A stretch of DNA of 64,000 nucleotides. Origin: Candidatus Heimdallarchaeota archaeon. Its GTDB lineage: Archaea; Asgardarchaeota; Heimdallarchaeia; Hodarchaeales; Hodarchaeaceae. Made by a program: the position numbers and the translations under genes. Position 1 is the first letter of the stretch. Every line of letters starts with the position of its first letter. The notes under the pieces were generated by a model, which had not been told where the DNA came from, ran no database searches, and worked only from the letters and a program-made list of their open reading frames with translations. Shown one piece after another: positions 46,956 through 57,547 of the stretch. Where the stretch lies: positions 1,170,660 to 1,234,659 of the forward strand of contig CP070695.1 of NCBI GenBank assembly GCA_020353515.1. The letters are read 5' to 3'.

Positions 46956-47987
46956 TCAGTTGACTTCTATAAAAAGTTTCAACGCTTTATCTTTCTTTTC
47001 TTCAAGATATTGATATGCTTTGTCATAATCATTAAATCTGAAATGTTTTGTCATTAATGGTTCAAGTGCAACTTCCCCAGAATGAACTAATTCGATAGCT
47101 TTGAGATATTCTTTAGTTTGATACATGAGTAGACCAATAAGTCGTAATTCGTGGTCTTGTACCGTTGCTAAATCTACAACAGGTTTATGGCTAAAAACTC
47201 CAACGATAATTATGTCTGTGCCTTTCCTAGCATTCTCAATAGCGTCATCAATTGTTTGATTACTCCCAACACATTCTACAATTAAATCAGCCTTGTCAGG
47301 ACCAAAAGCTTTCACTATCTCTTCAGATAAATTCTTCTTGATGGGATTTATAGTATAATCAATTCCAACTTTTTTGGCGATTTCCAGACGATATTCACTC
47401 ACATCAGTTATTAATACCGATTTAGCCCCCAGAGCCTTTGCTGTCTGCGCTGTTAGATTACCAATGGTTCCTGCTCCTAATACAACTACATTTAACCCTC
47501 TTAAATTATCTGTTTTCGAGAAAACAGCACAAGCTACAGCCATTGGCTCAATCATTGCTCCTTGTTCATAGGACATATCGTAAGGCAGTTTAACAACACG
47601 ATTTGCTTCTGTAACAAAGAACTCGGATGCCATCCCAGTAGTTTGAAAGCCCATGACTTTTAATTTGTCACAGATATGGTAATTACCGTGTGTACATGAA
47701 TAACATTTTCCGCATACAACTTGGGGCTGAATAGTCACTTTATCCCCAATTTTAAGGTTGGCTATTTTTCTTCCTACTTTTTCAATTATACCTGAAACCT
47801 CATGTCCTTGAGTAACTGGATATGCAGTAAGCGGATGTTTTCCATGATAAACGTGAATATCACTTCCACAAATCCCTATACGCATTATTTTAATCATTAC
47901 TTCATTTTCTTTTAATTCTGGGATTGGAATTTCGCGGAATTCAATTTTTCTTGGTTCAACCAAAATTTGTTGTTTCATTGGTTTCAC
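46956..47987 (-). CDS. Zn-dependent MDR dehydrogenase (polyol/threonine dehydrogenase-like)
   Basis: GICGSD, GHE, CGKCYSCTHGNYHIC, GAGTIG. Confidence 0.92.
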   Translation of the reverse strand: MKPMKQQILVEPRKIEFREIPIPELKENEVMIKIMRIGICGSDIHVYHGKHPLTAYPVTQGHEVSGIIEKVGRKIANLKIGDKVTIQPQVVCGKCYSCTHGNYHICDKLKVMGFQTTGMASEFFVTEANRVVKLPYDMSYEQGAMIEPMAVACAVFSKTDNLRGLNVVVLGAGTIGNLTAQTAKALGAKSVLITDVSEYRLEIAKKVGIDYTINPIKKNLSEEIVKAFGPDKADLIVECVGSNQTIDDAIENARKGTDIIIVGVFSHKPVVDLATVQDHELRLIGLLMYQTKEYLKAIELVHSGEVALEPLMTKHFRFNDYDKAYQYLEEKKDKALKLFIEVN

Positions 47988-48085
47988 ACTATGATAATTT
48001 CTTTTTATTTAGAGATAGTTAATCTTAACATTTATTTAATATCATCTTTATACAGAATGAAGAACAGATAATGGTTCTTACAATA

Positions 48086-49513
48086 TTATAAGAAACCATC
48101 CTTGTGGTAAGAGACCATTTTCGATCCTGCTTTAATCCATTCTTCAGAGGCCTCCCTAAAAATCTCCTTAGCTCGTTTATTTGCTTCATTAATTATTGCA
48201 TATTCATCAATATTAAGAAATTGGTCATCAGCTAGGATTAGATTACCAGAGATTATTACATTATCGACCTCTTTTCCTGTTGATGAGTATATCAAATTTG
48301 GGATTAAATTTCTAAATGGTTCATCGATAATAGGCGTCATATTTAATTTTTCAAGATCAATCGTGATTATATCTGCGCGTTTTCCTACCTCAAGACATCC
48401 AATATTGTCTTTGAGATCGAGAGCCACAGCTCCTCCTATGGTTGATAATTGTAAGGATTGCCAAGGTGGTAACGCTGTTGGATCATTATTATTAATTTTA
48501 GTTAAAATACTAGCCATTCTTATTTCTTGGAACATATTATAGTGACCTGGTCCAGGAGCTTGGTCTGTTCCGAGAGCTGCTATCCCTCCAAGCTTCACAT
48601 AATGACCGATAGGAGGAACGATGCCATCTATTACCGCAATAGATGTTGGACATCCAACCATCTTGACCCTCTTTTTTACCATCAATGAACGTTCAGCTTT
48701 TGATGTGTCATGAATATGAGCAGCAACAAGATTATCCTCAAGTAAACCATTCTTTTCCAGTATTTTCACAGTCGTATAGTCCGCACCAAAGCGACCTTGA
48801 ATTTGGAGTCTCTCTCTTTCACCCTGTGCGACATGCATATGTATATTGCAATTTCGGTCTTTTGCCTGTTGTTTGATGTCTGTAAGTAAGTCTAAAGAAC
48901 AAAAGTCTAAAGCCTGGGGCCCATACATAACACTTACTAACTCTGTACCCTTAAATTCCTGAAAAAGATTGTTTGCTTTTTTTAGAGCGGCTGATCCTTT
49001 CGATCCATCAAATTCATAAAGATCTCTTGGCTTCAAATGGGCTCGATCAGAGCTAACCTCGTTGATCGTTTCAATTGCGACAACCCGGACTTTTAATGGC
49101 AAATAAACTTCTTGCACTAAAGATGAAACATTTCCTGCATATTCAGCAAAAGTAGTCGTTCCTGATCTCAAACCTTCCAAGACTGCGAGTTTTGAACCTA
49201 AGATATTATCTTCCTTCTTTAGATATCTTGCTAATGGTCCAATACCTTTATTCATCCATTCAATTTCAGGTAAATCCTGAGCACCTCCTCTTAAGAGAGT
49301 AAATCCTGTATGTGCATGAGAATTGATTAATCCAGGCATTGTGATGTGATTAGTTCCATCAATGATTCGGTCAGCTTTTTTATGATTCAAGTCACTAGAT
49401 TTACCAATAAAACTAATTAAGCCATCTTCAATTCCCAAACTTCCATTGGGAATTATTCCTAACCCTTTTCCTTTGAACGTTATTAACCAAGTATTTATTA
49501 TTGCTATATCCAA
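48086..49513 (-). CDS. Amidohydrolase, MTA/SAH deaminase-AtzA subfamily
   Basis: PGLINSHAH, GTTT, HMHVAQ, AAH, LGTD, GKRADII. Confidence 0.88.
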   Translation of the reverse strand: MDIAIINTWLITFKGKGLGIIPNGSLGIEDGLISFIGKSSDLNHKKADRIIDGTNHITMPGLINSHAHTGFTLLRGGAQDLPEIEWMNKGIGPLARYLKKEDNILGSKLAVLEGLRSGTTTFAEYAGNVSSLVQEVYLPLKVRVVAIETINEVSSDRAHLKPRDLYEFDGSKGSAALKKANNLFQEFKGTELVSVMYGPQALDFCSLDLLTDIKQQAKDRNCNIHMHVAQGERERLQIQGRFGADYTTVKILEKNGLLEDNLVAAHIHDTSKAERSLMVKKRVKMVGCPTSIAVIDGIVPPIGHYVKLGGIAALGTDQAPGPGHYNMFQEIRMASILTKINNNDPTALPPWQSLQLSTIGGAVALDLKDNIGCLEVGKRADIITIDLEKLNMTPIIDEPFRNLIPNLIYSSTGKEVDNVIISGNLILADDQFLNIDEYAIINEANKRAKEIFREASEEWIKAGSKMVSYHKDGFL

Positions 49514-49607
49514 GATTCCAACCCTATCTTAAATGGAATCTAATGAATATTTATGAGTATTTTTCGAGTTGAAACCTCTCGGTCAGGCTGAACAAACACC
49601 CATCCTT

Positions 49608-50678
49608 TTATTTTAAACCCACTTTCCAACAATAATTTGCTAGAGCGATACAGGTTGCCATACGATCAAATGCCATTTCATCATCCATATTCGCACGTTT
49701 TTGGAGGAAAAGACCTTCTAGTAGGGCACACAATCCTAGGTGAAAGGAAAATACAGATTCATAATCCTCATAGATATCATTGATTGATAGCTCAATTGTT
49801 GAAAGGTGCCTTTCATACCCTTCAATAAAGGATTGAACCTCCTTTCGGAATGTGTGTAAATTTCCATTCCTGTCGAAGTTATCGATTGCCGAATGGAGGA
49901 AGAAAGTGCCAACATCTTCCATTCTATCTGCTGATTGTTCTTTTTCTACATATTCAGGATCGATTAACCAAGTTTGAATCTTCTTATTACCATTACCATC
50001 TCTCTCAATCGAGAATAATACATTCCCAGGATGAAAATCCCCGAAACCAGTCGTTCCCCCCGAATGTCCGTTTGATGAAAGAACCTTCGCTAATAAATTA
50101 CTAGCTAGATCAATAAAATTCTTTTTCCTTTCTTCAGGTATAATCAATTCATTAAGCGTTTTTTTCAAAAGGAAAACATATCTTTCTTTTTCGATTGGCT
50201 TTAAAATATCTGAATGAAACTTAGACAGGGCTTCTCCAGTTAGAAATAGCTTTACCTCAGAATTTAATTCTGATTCATAAAATGATTCCCCTTTTATTCC
50301 TTCAAAAATCAATATATGTCCATGCTCGAAAATAACACGGGGAGTTAAAACCCCAGTGTCCTTTAATTTACTCGCTAAATGATTTGTCAGCATTTTATTC
50401 TGCAAAGCCTCCTCTGGAGATGAAAATTTCTTTATCGCAATTTTTAAAGATAAACTTCCCAGTTCACTATTAAACTCGGCTGTTACTAATTGTAATCCTT
50501 TAGATCCAACTTTATGAATTGATGAAATTCCATTAAGGACTACAAAGCGAGATTTTTCCCCAAACTCTTTTAATTGAAGTTCATCAAAATAATCTTTCAA
50601 ATTTTCAACAATCTCAGCTAAAATTTGCTTAATACGTTGTTTACGTCGTATATGCTCTGCTGCAGAATTATTTTCCAT
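49608..50678 (-). CDS. APH/choline-kinase-like phosphotransferase
   Basis: AIKK, LSKFH, GDFHPGNVL, LIDPE, EDVG; probable ATG 50678. Confidence 0.8.
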   Translation of the reverse strand: MENNSAAEHIRRKQRIKQILAEIVENLKDYFDELQLKEFGEKSRFVVLNGISSIHKVGSKGLQLVTAEFNSELGSLSLKIAIKKFSSPEEALQNKMLTNHLASKLKDTGVLTPRVIFEHGHILIFEGIKGESFYESELNSEVKLFLTGEALSKFHSDILKPIEKERYVFLLKKTLNELIIPEERKKNFIDLASNLLAKVLSSNGHSGGTTGFGDFHPGNVLFSIERDGNGNKKIQTWLIDPEYVEKEQSADRMEDVGTFFLHSAIDNFDRNGNLHTFRKEVQSFIEGYERHLSTIELSINDIYEDYESVFSFHLGLCALLEGLFLQKRANMDDEMAFDRMATCIALANYCWKVGLK

Positions 50679-50866
50679 TATGGCCTCAAAATTATCATCG
50701 CAATAGGGTTTCAAAAAGGTGTGCAAATAAACATCAGTAGCATAAATTTTGATAAAACTCTAGATCAAACTTCACCTTTTCTGCGCAAATGTAAGCACTA
50801 TTCCTTTAAACATATTATCAAATAGTTTGATCTGTATTAAATGAACATGAAACTGGTGTTCATCTT

Positions 50867-51766
50867 ATGTCCTTGACACGTGAGGAACTTCATGATTTAC
50901 TCCTAGCAGGTAAAGTGGTTCATTTAGCAATGGATCAAATAGCAAAATATGTGAAACCTAAGGTTTCAATTGGTTCACTTTATGATACAATTGTTAAAAT
51001 TATCACTACAACAAAAGGAGTCGACGTAGCATTCCCTCCTAATATTTCCATTAACGAAACTGCTGCTCACGATTCAGCTGGACCGATAGAAAAACGCGTC
51101 ATTCCTAAGAAAGCCTTAGTAAAGATAGATATCGGCGCGAATGTTAATGGAATGTTGTCTGACACAGCTAAGACTTTTTCTACTGACGGGAAACATTTTC
51201 GCTTAATAAAATCAGCCAAGGACGCTTTGAATAACGCTATTGATATTATAAAGCCTAACCTTCGTGTTAGTGAAATAGGAGCAGTAATTCAAGAAACAAT
51301 AGAAGATTATGGGTTTAAACCAATTGCGAATTTAACTGGCCATGAAATGAAAAAGGGAACTCTTCATGCAGGTCTATCAATTCCTAGTGTCAAATCTGTT
51401 CCCTTTGCACAAAGATCAAAACTTAAAAAAGGTATGGTACTTGCTATTGAACCCTTTAGTACACCAGGAGGAGCAGGATATGTAGAAGAAGGATCTACTC
51501 CTCCATTAATCTATTCATCCAAAGGAAATCCGAAAACAGATATTGGAAAGATTCTCGTTAAGAGGTATCAAAGACTCCCCTTTTCTCTACGCTCAGCTAC
51601 CCTTTACTTAAAGAAAAAAAATATTTCGACTGACAATCTTAGGGAAATTATAAACAAAGACAATTTCTATGGGTATCACCCATTAGTTGAAAAAACTCGT
51701 GGATTAGTAGCACAAGCGGAACACACGGTTTTAGTTACAAGTAATGGGGCAAGAATTATTACTTAA
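50867..51766 (+). CDS. map: Methionine aminopeptidase type 2
   Basis: AFPPNISINETAAH, KIDIG, SDTA, NLTGH, AIEPF, QAEHT. Confidence 0.95.
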   Translation: MSLTREELHDLLLAGKVVHLAMDQIAKYVKPKVSIGSLYDTIVKIITTTKGVDVAFPPNISINETAAHDSAGPIEKRVIPKKALVKIDIGANVNGMLSDTAKTFSTDGKHFRLIKSAKDALNNAIDIIKPNLRVSEIGAVIQETIEDYGFKPIANLTGHEMKKGTLHAGLSIPSVKSVPFAQRSKLKKGMVLAIEPFSTPGGAGYVEEGSTPPLIYSSKGNPKTDIGKILVKRYQRLPFSLRSATLYLKKKNISTDNLREIINKDNFYGYHPLVEKTRGLVAQAEHTVLVTSNGARIIT

Positions 51767-51772
51767 GAAGAA

Positions 51773-53767
51773 TTATTTGTCTGATATTTGTATTAAATTA
51801 CTTTTTTTTCCCATTTGGGCTTCAATATTTAGTAATGCAAGACTACTAAAATAACGAATACTTGGATCCTTTTCTAATTCGTAGTTAATAAGATTTATTA
51901 GCTCAGGAACGGCTGATATTCCTCCACGATAACCGAGGGCTTCAGCTGCTAATTCACGAACAGTATAAATACGATCAGTCTTGATAGCTCTTATCAATGT
52001 TGGTGTTATCAAAAAATCATGGCCCTCAAAGTGACCCAAAGCATGTGCACAGGTACTCCTTACAGCATTAGAATTATCTTTCTGGAGTAAGGAAATTAAA
52101 GTATCAATAATTTCATATGTATACTCTTTATTTGTGACGAGATCTGGTGAATCAATAATTGCTGTGAGTAATTCAACCGCTCGTTGGCGCCATTCATTCT
52201 CTAAATCTGGTTTTAAATAGCTTAATGCTAGAGGAACATCCTCAATATCTGCCCAAGAAGTCAATATTTCTAAAAAGAGGGGTGTGATCTTGTTATGAGT
52301 CTTATTATGTAAGAGTGAGCGAATTTGAGCTATATGATTTGTTGGATCCAAAATAGATATAGCCCAGGCTGCTTGTCGCTGCACAAAAGCATCCTCATCG
52401 TTTATTAACCTATCTAAGAGGAATAGAAAGGTTGAATCTTCTTTTAAATGTCCAAAAAATGAACAAATTGCTGCACGAAGTGAGAAAGATGGTGAAATTG
52501 CTAAAATTTCTTGAATATAGGGGAGATCATCATCTAAAAATTTTTGGTCGTCTTTTAAGATATGCACAAACTCTTCTAAAGCCTCAATCACTAATTCACG
52601 TAACGGAGTTCTATCTTTTCTGAAAATTGTTAATAAACAATTAGCTGCATGTGGTATAGAACTCATTCGAGCGAGTAATGCTACCATTCCACTTCGAATA
52701 CTTGATCCCTGTTCAATCGATCCAGCAGCAGAACAAATTCTTTGAATAAGCTCCGGAGGTGTTGGTTGAATCTGTTCTATAGACCACGCAGAGATAGATC
52801 GGACATATGAATCCTGATCTTCTAGTCCTTTGAGAAGAGCTGCTAACGCTTGTTGAGATTTTAAATTACCTAATGCTTCGGCAGAAGCTTCTCGTACAAA
52901 GAAGCTAACATCTGTCTCTAATGCCTCTGCTAGCTCAGGAAGAGCTTCAAAGGAGGAGATTGCTCCAAGAGCAGTAGCTGCGGATGCACGAACAGTGGCA
53001 ATTCCATCATATTTTAATTTTTCAATTAATAAAGAAGATAATTCAATGACTCCCCAATTACCTATAATTTCAACAGCTTTTCTTCGTAACTCAGGATTAT
53101 GATCCGTTTCCACAATCAATTCTAATAAATCAATTACTTCAGCATTGTGAGTTTTTCCTAAAGCATCTAATCCAATTTTTCGGAGGATAGGGCGTTCATA
53201 AGAAGTTTCGACTAGGTCAATCAGATAATGTAAGAGCTCATCAGGAAGACTCTGAGACTTATATGCAAGATGTAAAATTCCTCGTAAGACTGAAGCTCTG
53301 ATTTCATCGTTGAAACGATATTTATGTGTAGCTTCCATTAATGTTTTTTCAGCAATGTCTTCAGAACAGTACCCGATTAATTCAAGACAATAGTTCAAGT
53401 GATGTTGTTCGTCTATCAATTTCTTAAGTCGAAGAGCAGTCTTAGTCGCAGCTGTACCCTCTGCTACTTTATGAAGAGTTGAAGAGAGAGTAATGAAAAG
53501 CTTATTAAGTGTTGCTTCATCTATTTCAGTTTCAAACCAATCCAACATCGCATCAAGTACATCAAAATGACCTTCGAGACTCATTGCAATAATTTCGCGA
53601 ACATCTGGAGCTGGTGATTTAACCAACGACATTAGCTTCTGTGTTATAAGAGGTGAATTCCGTTGGGCAAGATGCGAGGCAACTAAGGCTTTTATTTGAA
53701 TATCTGGATCCTCTTCAATAACCTCTAGGAGTACTTCATGAATCATATCAATATCAGGTGGTTCCAC
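51773..53767 (-). CDS. HEAT-repeat (PBS-lyase-like) solenoid protein
   Basis: Many VRxxAAxALG repeats (VRASAATALG, VREASAEALG, VRELAAEALG). Confidence 0.9.
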   Translation of the reverse strand: MEPPDIDMIHEVLLEVIEEDPDIQIKALVASHLAQRNSPLITQKLMSLVKSPAPDVREIIAMSLEGHFDVLDAMLDWFETEIDEATLNKLFITLSSTLHKVAEGTAATKTALRLKKLIDEQHHLNYCLELIGYCSEDIAEKTLMEATHKYRFNDEIRASVLRGILHLAYKSQSLPDELLHYLIDLVETSYERPILRKIGLDALGKTHNAEVIDLLELIVETDHNPELRRKAVEIIGNWGVIELSSLLIEKLKYDGIATVRASAATALGAISSFEALPELAEALETDVSFFVREASAEALGNLKSQQALAALLKGLEDQDSYVRSISAWSIEQIQPTPPELIQRICSAAGSIEQGSSIRSGMVALLARMSSIPHAANCLLTIFRKDRTPLRELVIEALEEFVHILKDDQKFLDDDLPYIQEILAISPSFSLRAAICSFFGHLKEDSTFLFLLDRLINDEDAFVQRQAAWAISILDPTNHIAQIRSLLHNKTHNKITPLFLEILTSWADIEDVPLALSYLKPDLENEWRQRAVELLTAIIDSPDLVTNKEYTYEIIDTLISLLQKDNSNAVRSTCAHALGHFEGHDFLITPTLIRAIKTDRIYTVRELAAEALGYRGGISAVPELINLINYELEKDPSIRYFSSLALLNIEAQMGKKSNLIQISDK

Positions 53768-53970
53768 TAAGATAACCTATTCAGAAATTCTTATTATTCA
53801 AAATTATGATGTTTAAACATTGATATAATAAAACATTTTAGTTAAGGTAAACAAAAATGCAATATTTGAGAAAATTCGTCTTTTTAAGATGGACTATGTC
53901 AAGATAGGTTATCCTCATCTTTCAGACTGGGTTCCATAATGATGATCTGAAAGGAATAGAAAATTGTATT

Positions 53971-54735
53971 CTACTTAGTTTTAATTAGAAACTCATAGAG
54001 GATATCATTAAATTGCTCTGAATGTTCATGAGCTATACCATGATCACTTTCAAGCTCAATTATTTTTGCTTTAGGTAAATGCTCTTTTAAGACTCTATAT
54101 GTGATAGAAGGATTAACAGTATCTTTATTACCATGGATCATTAAGATGGGAACATCAATTTGCTCAAGTTGTTGAATGTATTGATTTGAACCTTTATACT
54201 GCCGTTTTATGGAGATGTATGTCTTTATTTTCTGGACTCTCTTTACAATTCTCCATAAGATTGAGATTAGTAGACTTCTATTCTCACCACTTCGCTTTTC
54301 TTTGGCTAAAAAATTCCAAGACCGAGTTATCTTACCCAGAAAAGGCCTGGGACTCACCAGAACGATACTTTGAACATTTTCAGGATATTTTATAGCATAT
54401 TTCAATGCTAAGGTACCCCCTATACTATAGCCAACAAAAACTGGTTTTTGCTTAAGTTGGAGCTCATTTGTTATGAGCTCATGCATATCAAGAAGATGAT
54501 CTTCAGTATGATGTTTTTCAACCTTTTTTCCAATACTAGATCTACCGTAACCTCTTAGATCTGGTGCAATAAGGTGAAATTGGGAAAATTGATTATTATT
54601 GAGTTGAGATCCCCAATGGGTTTGGGAGCTCCCTAAATATCCATGGACAAAGACGATTGGGTAACCTTCCCCATTCCGATAATAATATAGTTGGTAACCA
54701 TCTCGAGTATAATAGGGCATCTTTCTGGGCTCCAA
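53971..54735 (-). CDS. Alpha/beta hydrolase
   Basis: FVHG, PDLRGYGRS, GYSIG, IHGNKD, DH. Confidence 0.9.
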   Translation of the reverse strand: MEPRKMPYYTRDGYQLYYYRNGEGYPIVFVHGYLGSSQTHWGSQLNNNQFSQFHLIAPDLRGYGRSSIGKKVEKHHTEDHLLDMHELITNELQLKQKPVFVGYSIGGTLALKYAIKYPENVQSIVLVSPRPFLGKITRSWNFLAKEKRSGENRSLLISILWRIVKRVQKIKTYISIKRQYKGSNQYIQQLEQIDVPILMIHGNKDTVNPSITYRVLKEHLPKAKIIELESDHGIAHEHSEQFNDILYEFLIKTK

Positions 54736-54912
54736 AGGCTGTAAAACAGTTCTGAATGGGACAGGGAGATATTTGAGGTTTCAATATTAAATTGCATTAG
54801 AAGGTGGATTGAACCATTTGTAATTACTTTATAAGTCTGGAAGGTTAGTTATCTCAAATTTATTGGGAGTTCGAAGTTCATATTTCCCAAGAAACACTTG
54901 AACTGATATATT

Positions 54913-56577
54913 ATGCGAATAAATAAAGTAAATCTGCGAAATTTCCGTAGTATCCCACATCTAAAGCTGGAAAATCTTCAAAATTTGAATTGTTTCATCG
55001 GTGCTCATAATTCTGGAAAAACTAACATTTTAGACGGGATCTCAGTATTTTGGGATCTGTTCATTCGGGCAAAATTTCAACAAAACCAATTGAAAAAAGA
55101 AAGTTTAGGCCAATTAGAACAACAGGCTCCTCCAATTCTCTCATATATTAGTGAAACAAATACTATTCGGGCAATATTTGAATTAGAGATTGATAAAAGT
55201 CTCGAATCATGGTCTGAGAATAACTATCTTCGTGAAATCTTCACTAGGACTGCTTTTCTTCATACTCAAAAACAATCATATGATTTTTTCAACGAATTTC
55301 TTGAAAATTTAGAAACGGAGACAAATCTTTCAAGAATCTCTGCTTTTACGTTTGATATGACCCTTTCACAAGAGCAACTAATGTTCATTGCACAAGAATG
55401 CTTTTTAAGACTCAAAGATGGCCAAATTTTACCTTTTAAACCTAATAGCCTTTCAATTATCCAACAAGCAATTGGAACAGCTTTTCTTAGACGTTTCGAT
55501 GAAACAACTGAACACAAGTTCCTAAACGAAAATATTGCCCGAATAATTAAGAACAAGGACTATAAAGCAATTACAGCAATTGAGAGTTTTTTAAAAGATA
55601 TTATTGGACAGGAATTTATTTTTGAATTGAGACAGAATCAAACAGTTGAAGTCACAATTGAACAGGCATTTACGAGCCCTCTTTGGAGATTATCTAATGG
55701 CACCATAAGAATCATTTCATTAGCCTATCTTTTAACAGCAAGTCCAATTAATCAGATTATTATCATTGATGATCCGGGGTTATATCTACATCCAAAGAGC
55801 GAACGTAGATTAGCCAGAAAGCTTGAAAATTTCTCAATTGACCACCAAATTCTCTTTTCAACTCATTCAACACGGTTTCTCATTGGTCATGCATACTTAG
55901 TAGAGCTTATTAAAGGGTGGACCAAAGTTCGACCAATTCGGGGAGAGAAATCGATGAAAAAGGTAGTTAAGTTACTCGGTATTAGGCCTTCTGACTCCTT
56001 AGGTGCTGATGTCGTAGTATTTGTTGAGGGGAAAACAGATGCTAGAGTTTTTCGAGTATTTGAGGATCTGCTAATAGAAGACCGAATGTCTCGAAATTGG
56101 GTTTCTTATATTGGAGTTGGAGGCTGGACTAATATGAAATTTGTGCTTTCTATGGAGTTATTGAAGAGCAAATTCGTCCGAAGTCGAGCAATAGCGATTA
56201 CTGATGGAGACATTGATAATTCTGATACTTATCTCAAAATAAAAAAGAATTGGGTATCAGTTTTTCAGAAAAATACCTTTCTTTCATTGAATGAAGAATG
56301 TATTGAATCATTATTCCTTAATAATCCGATTGTATTTCAACGGGTATTTTCAAAGAAAAATGAATCCTCAATCTCTATAAGTGAAGTTCAAGAAATTATT
56401 AAAAGAAATAGAGAAAAAGGAATCTCAGATAAAACTATCACACGTAATATCACCGAGAGATTTATGAGTGGGAAACGCTACACGTCTTCTGTTGCTGAAC
56501 GCCTCGCAAGAAGTTTTAAGAAAAATGAAATCCCTGAATATTTGGCTGCATTCTTTAACAAGTTCATTCTAAATTAA
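54913..56577 (+). CDS. OLD-family ATP-dependent nuclease (ABC ATPase plus TOPRIM)
   Basis: NFRSI, GAHNSGKT, LSNG, IIIDDPGLYLHP, STHS; TOPRIM FVEGKTD and DGD. Confidence 0.88.
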   Translation: MRINKVNLRNFRSIPHLKLENLQNLNCFIGAHNSGKTNILDGISVFWDLFIRAKFQQNQLKKESLGQLEQQAPPILSYISETNTIRAIFELEIDKSLESWSENNYLREIFTRTAFLHTQKQSYDFFNEFLENLETETNLSRISAFTFDMTLSQEQLMFIAQECFLRLKDGQILPFKPNSLSIIQQAIGTAFLRRFDETTEHKFLNENIARIIKNKDYKAITAIESFLKDIIGQEFIFELRQNQTVEVTIEQAFTSPLWRLSNGTIRIISLAYLLTASPINQIIIIDDPGLYLHPKSERRLARKLENFSIDHQILFSTHSTRFLIGHAYLVELIKGWTKVRPIRGEKSMKKVVKLLGIRPSDSLGADVVVFVEGKTDARVFRVFEDLLIEDRMSRNWVSYIGVGGWTNMKFVLSMELLKSKFVRSRAIAITDGDIDNSDTYLKIKKNWVSVFQKNTFLSLNEECIESLFLNNPIVFQRVFSKKNESSISISEVQEIIKRNREKGISDKTITRNITERFMSGKRYTSSVAERLARSFKKNEIPEYLAAFFNKFILN

Positions 56578-56660
56578 TCCAAATAATACTTTAAATCGAC
56601 AAAGTACTTAAGCAAATATTAGTATTAAAGGAAGGAATAACCTGACTAGTTGAGATTCTA

Positions 56661-57533
56661 ATGGGTAAGATTTTACTTTTTGGATTACCTAAATCTGGGA
56701 AATCTTCAATTTATCGAGAATCCTATCAAACAATAACTAGTGCAGAAGATAATCCATATAAGGAAAGGATTCTGAAGGTCAAATCCCTTGAAAAGCTTCT
56801 ACAGATTGAATTCTATGAAGAAAACACTTTTGAATCTTTTTCCAAGGAAGAGATCGAAAAAATCTTTTCAGATGTTGAAGTTATTTTATGGGTTATTGAT
56901 GTTTCTGATCAACGAACCATCTCCACTTCACTCTTTCATTGGAACAAAGTGTTAGAATATCTGAAAACGCATTCTGCTTTTGCTGTAAAATTTGTTTGCT
57001 TTCACAAAACTGACCTACTTACTTTAGAAGATAAAGATACGCTTTTTAACACTTTGAGGAGTAATTTTCAGGCAGACCTTGAAGACCAAGTAAATTTTTA
57101 CAATACAACTTTAAAGGATGATTCAGTTTTAGCCATGATGGCTCAGATAATGAAGATGATCCATGAGTCGTCTTTTGAGATAAAACAAGCTAATAATAAA
57201 ATAACTGAATTTTTACAAACAAACGAGGATTTTTATGGTGTTACAATCCTCTCATCAGATGGATTACCCATTATCGAAGTGGGAGAAAAGGTTGAATTTG
57301 TTATCCTACCAGCAAATTTATGGCTAGGTACTAATGAGCGATTAAAAGAAGCTTTTGGGATAAATACCCTAACGTGCACGATTCATCTTGATGATCAGAT
57401 TTTACTTTTCTTTGATATTGGTTCAGAACTACTTATGACCACAGTAGCTAAAAAAGAAGCGCCTTTACAATTCTCTTTTATTCGAAGTGACTTATTGTCC
57501 CAATCCCTCCGTGAAATTCTTATCAGTTCTTAA
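56661..57533 (+). CDS. Rag/Gtr1-like small GTPase domain fused to a roadblock domain
   Basis: GLPKSGKS P-loop, IFSDVEVILWVIDV, HKTD G4; C-terminal GVTILSSDGLPI roadblock pattern. Confidence 0.82.
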   Translation: MGKILLFGLPKSGKSSIYRESYQTITSAEDNPYKERILKVKSLEKLLQIEFYEENTFESFSKEEIEKIFSDVEVILWVIDVSDQRTISTSLFHWNKVLEYLKTHSAFAVKFVCFHKTDLLTLEDKDTLFNTLRSNFQADLEDQVNFYNTTLKDDSVLAMMAQIMKMIHESSFEIKQANNKITEFLQTNEDFYGVTILSSDGLPIIEVGEKVEFVILPANLWLGTNERLKEAFGINTLTCTIHLDDQILLFFDIGSELLMTTVAKKEAPLQFSFIRSDLLSQSLREILISS

Positions 57534-57547
57534 TATCCTTCATGTTT

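Noticed and set aside
51773-53767. HEAT protein as a eukaryotic coat or karyopherin homolog
   Set aside because: Repeats are the short PBS-lyase type common in prokaryotes; no beta-propeller or other supporting domain.
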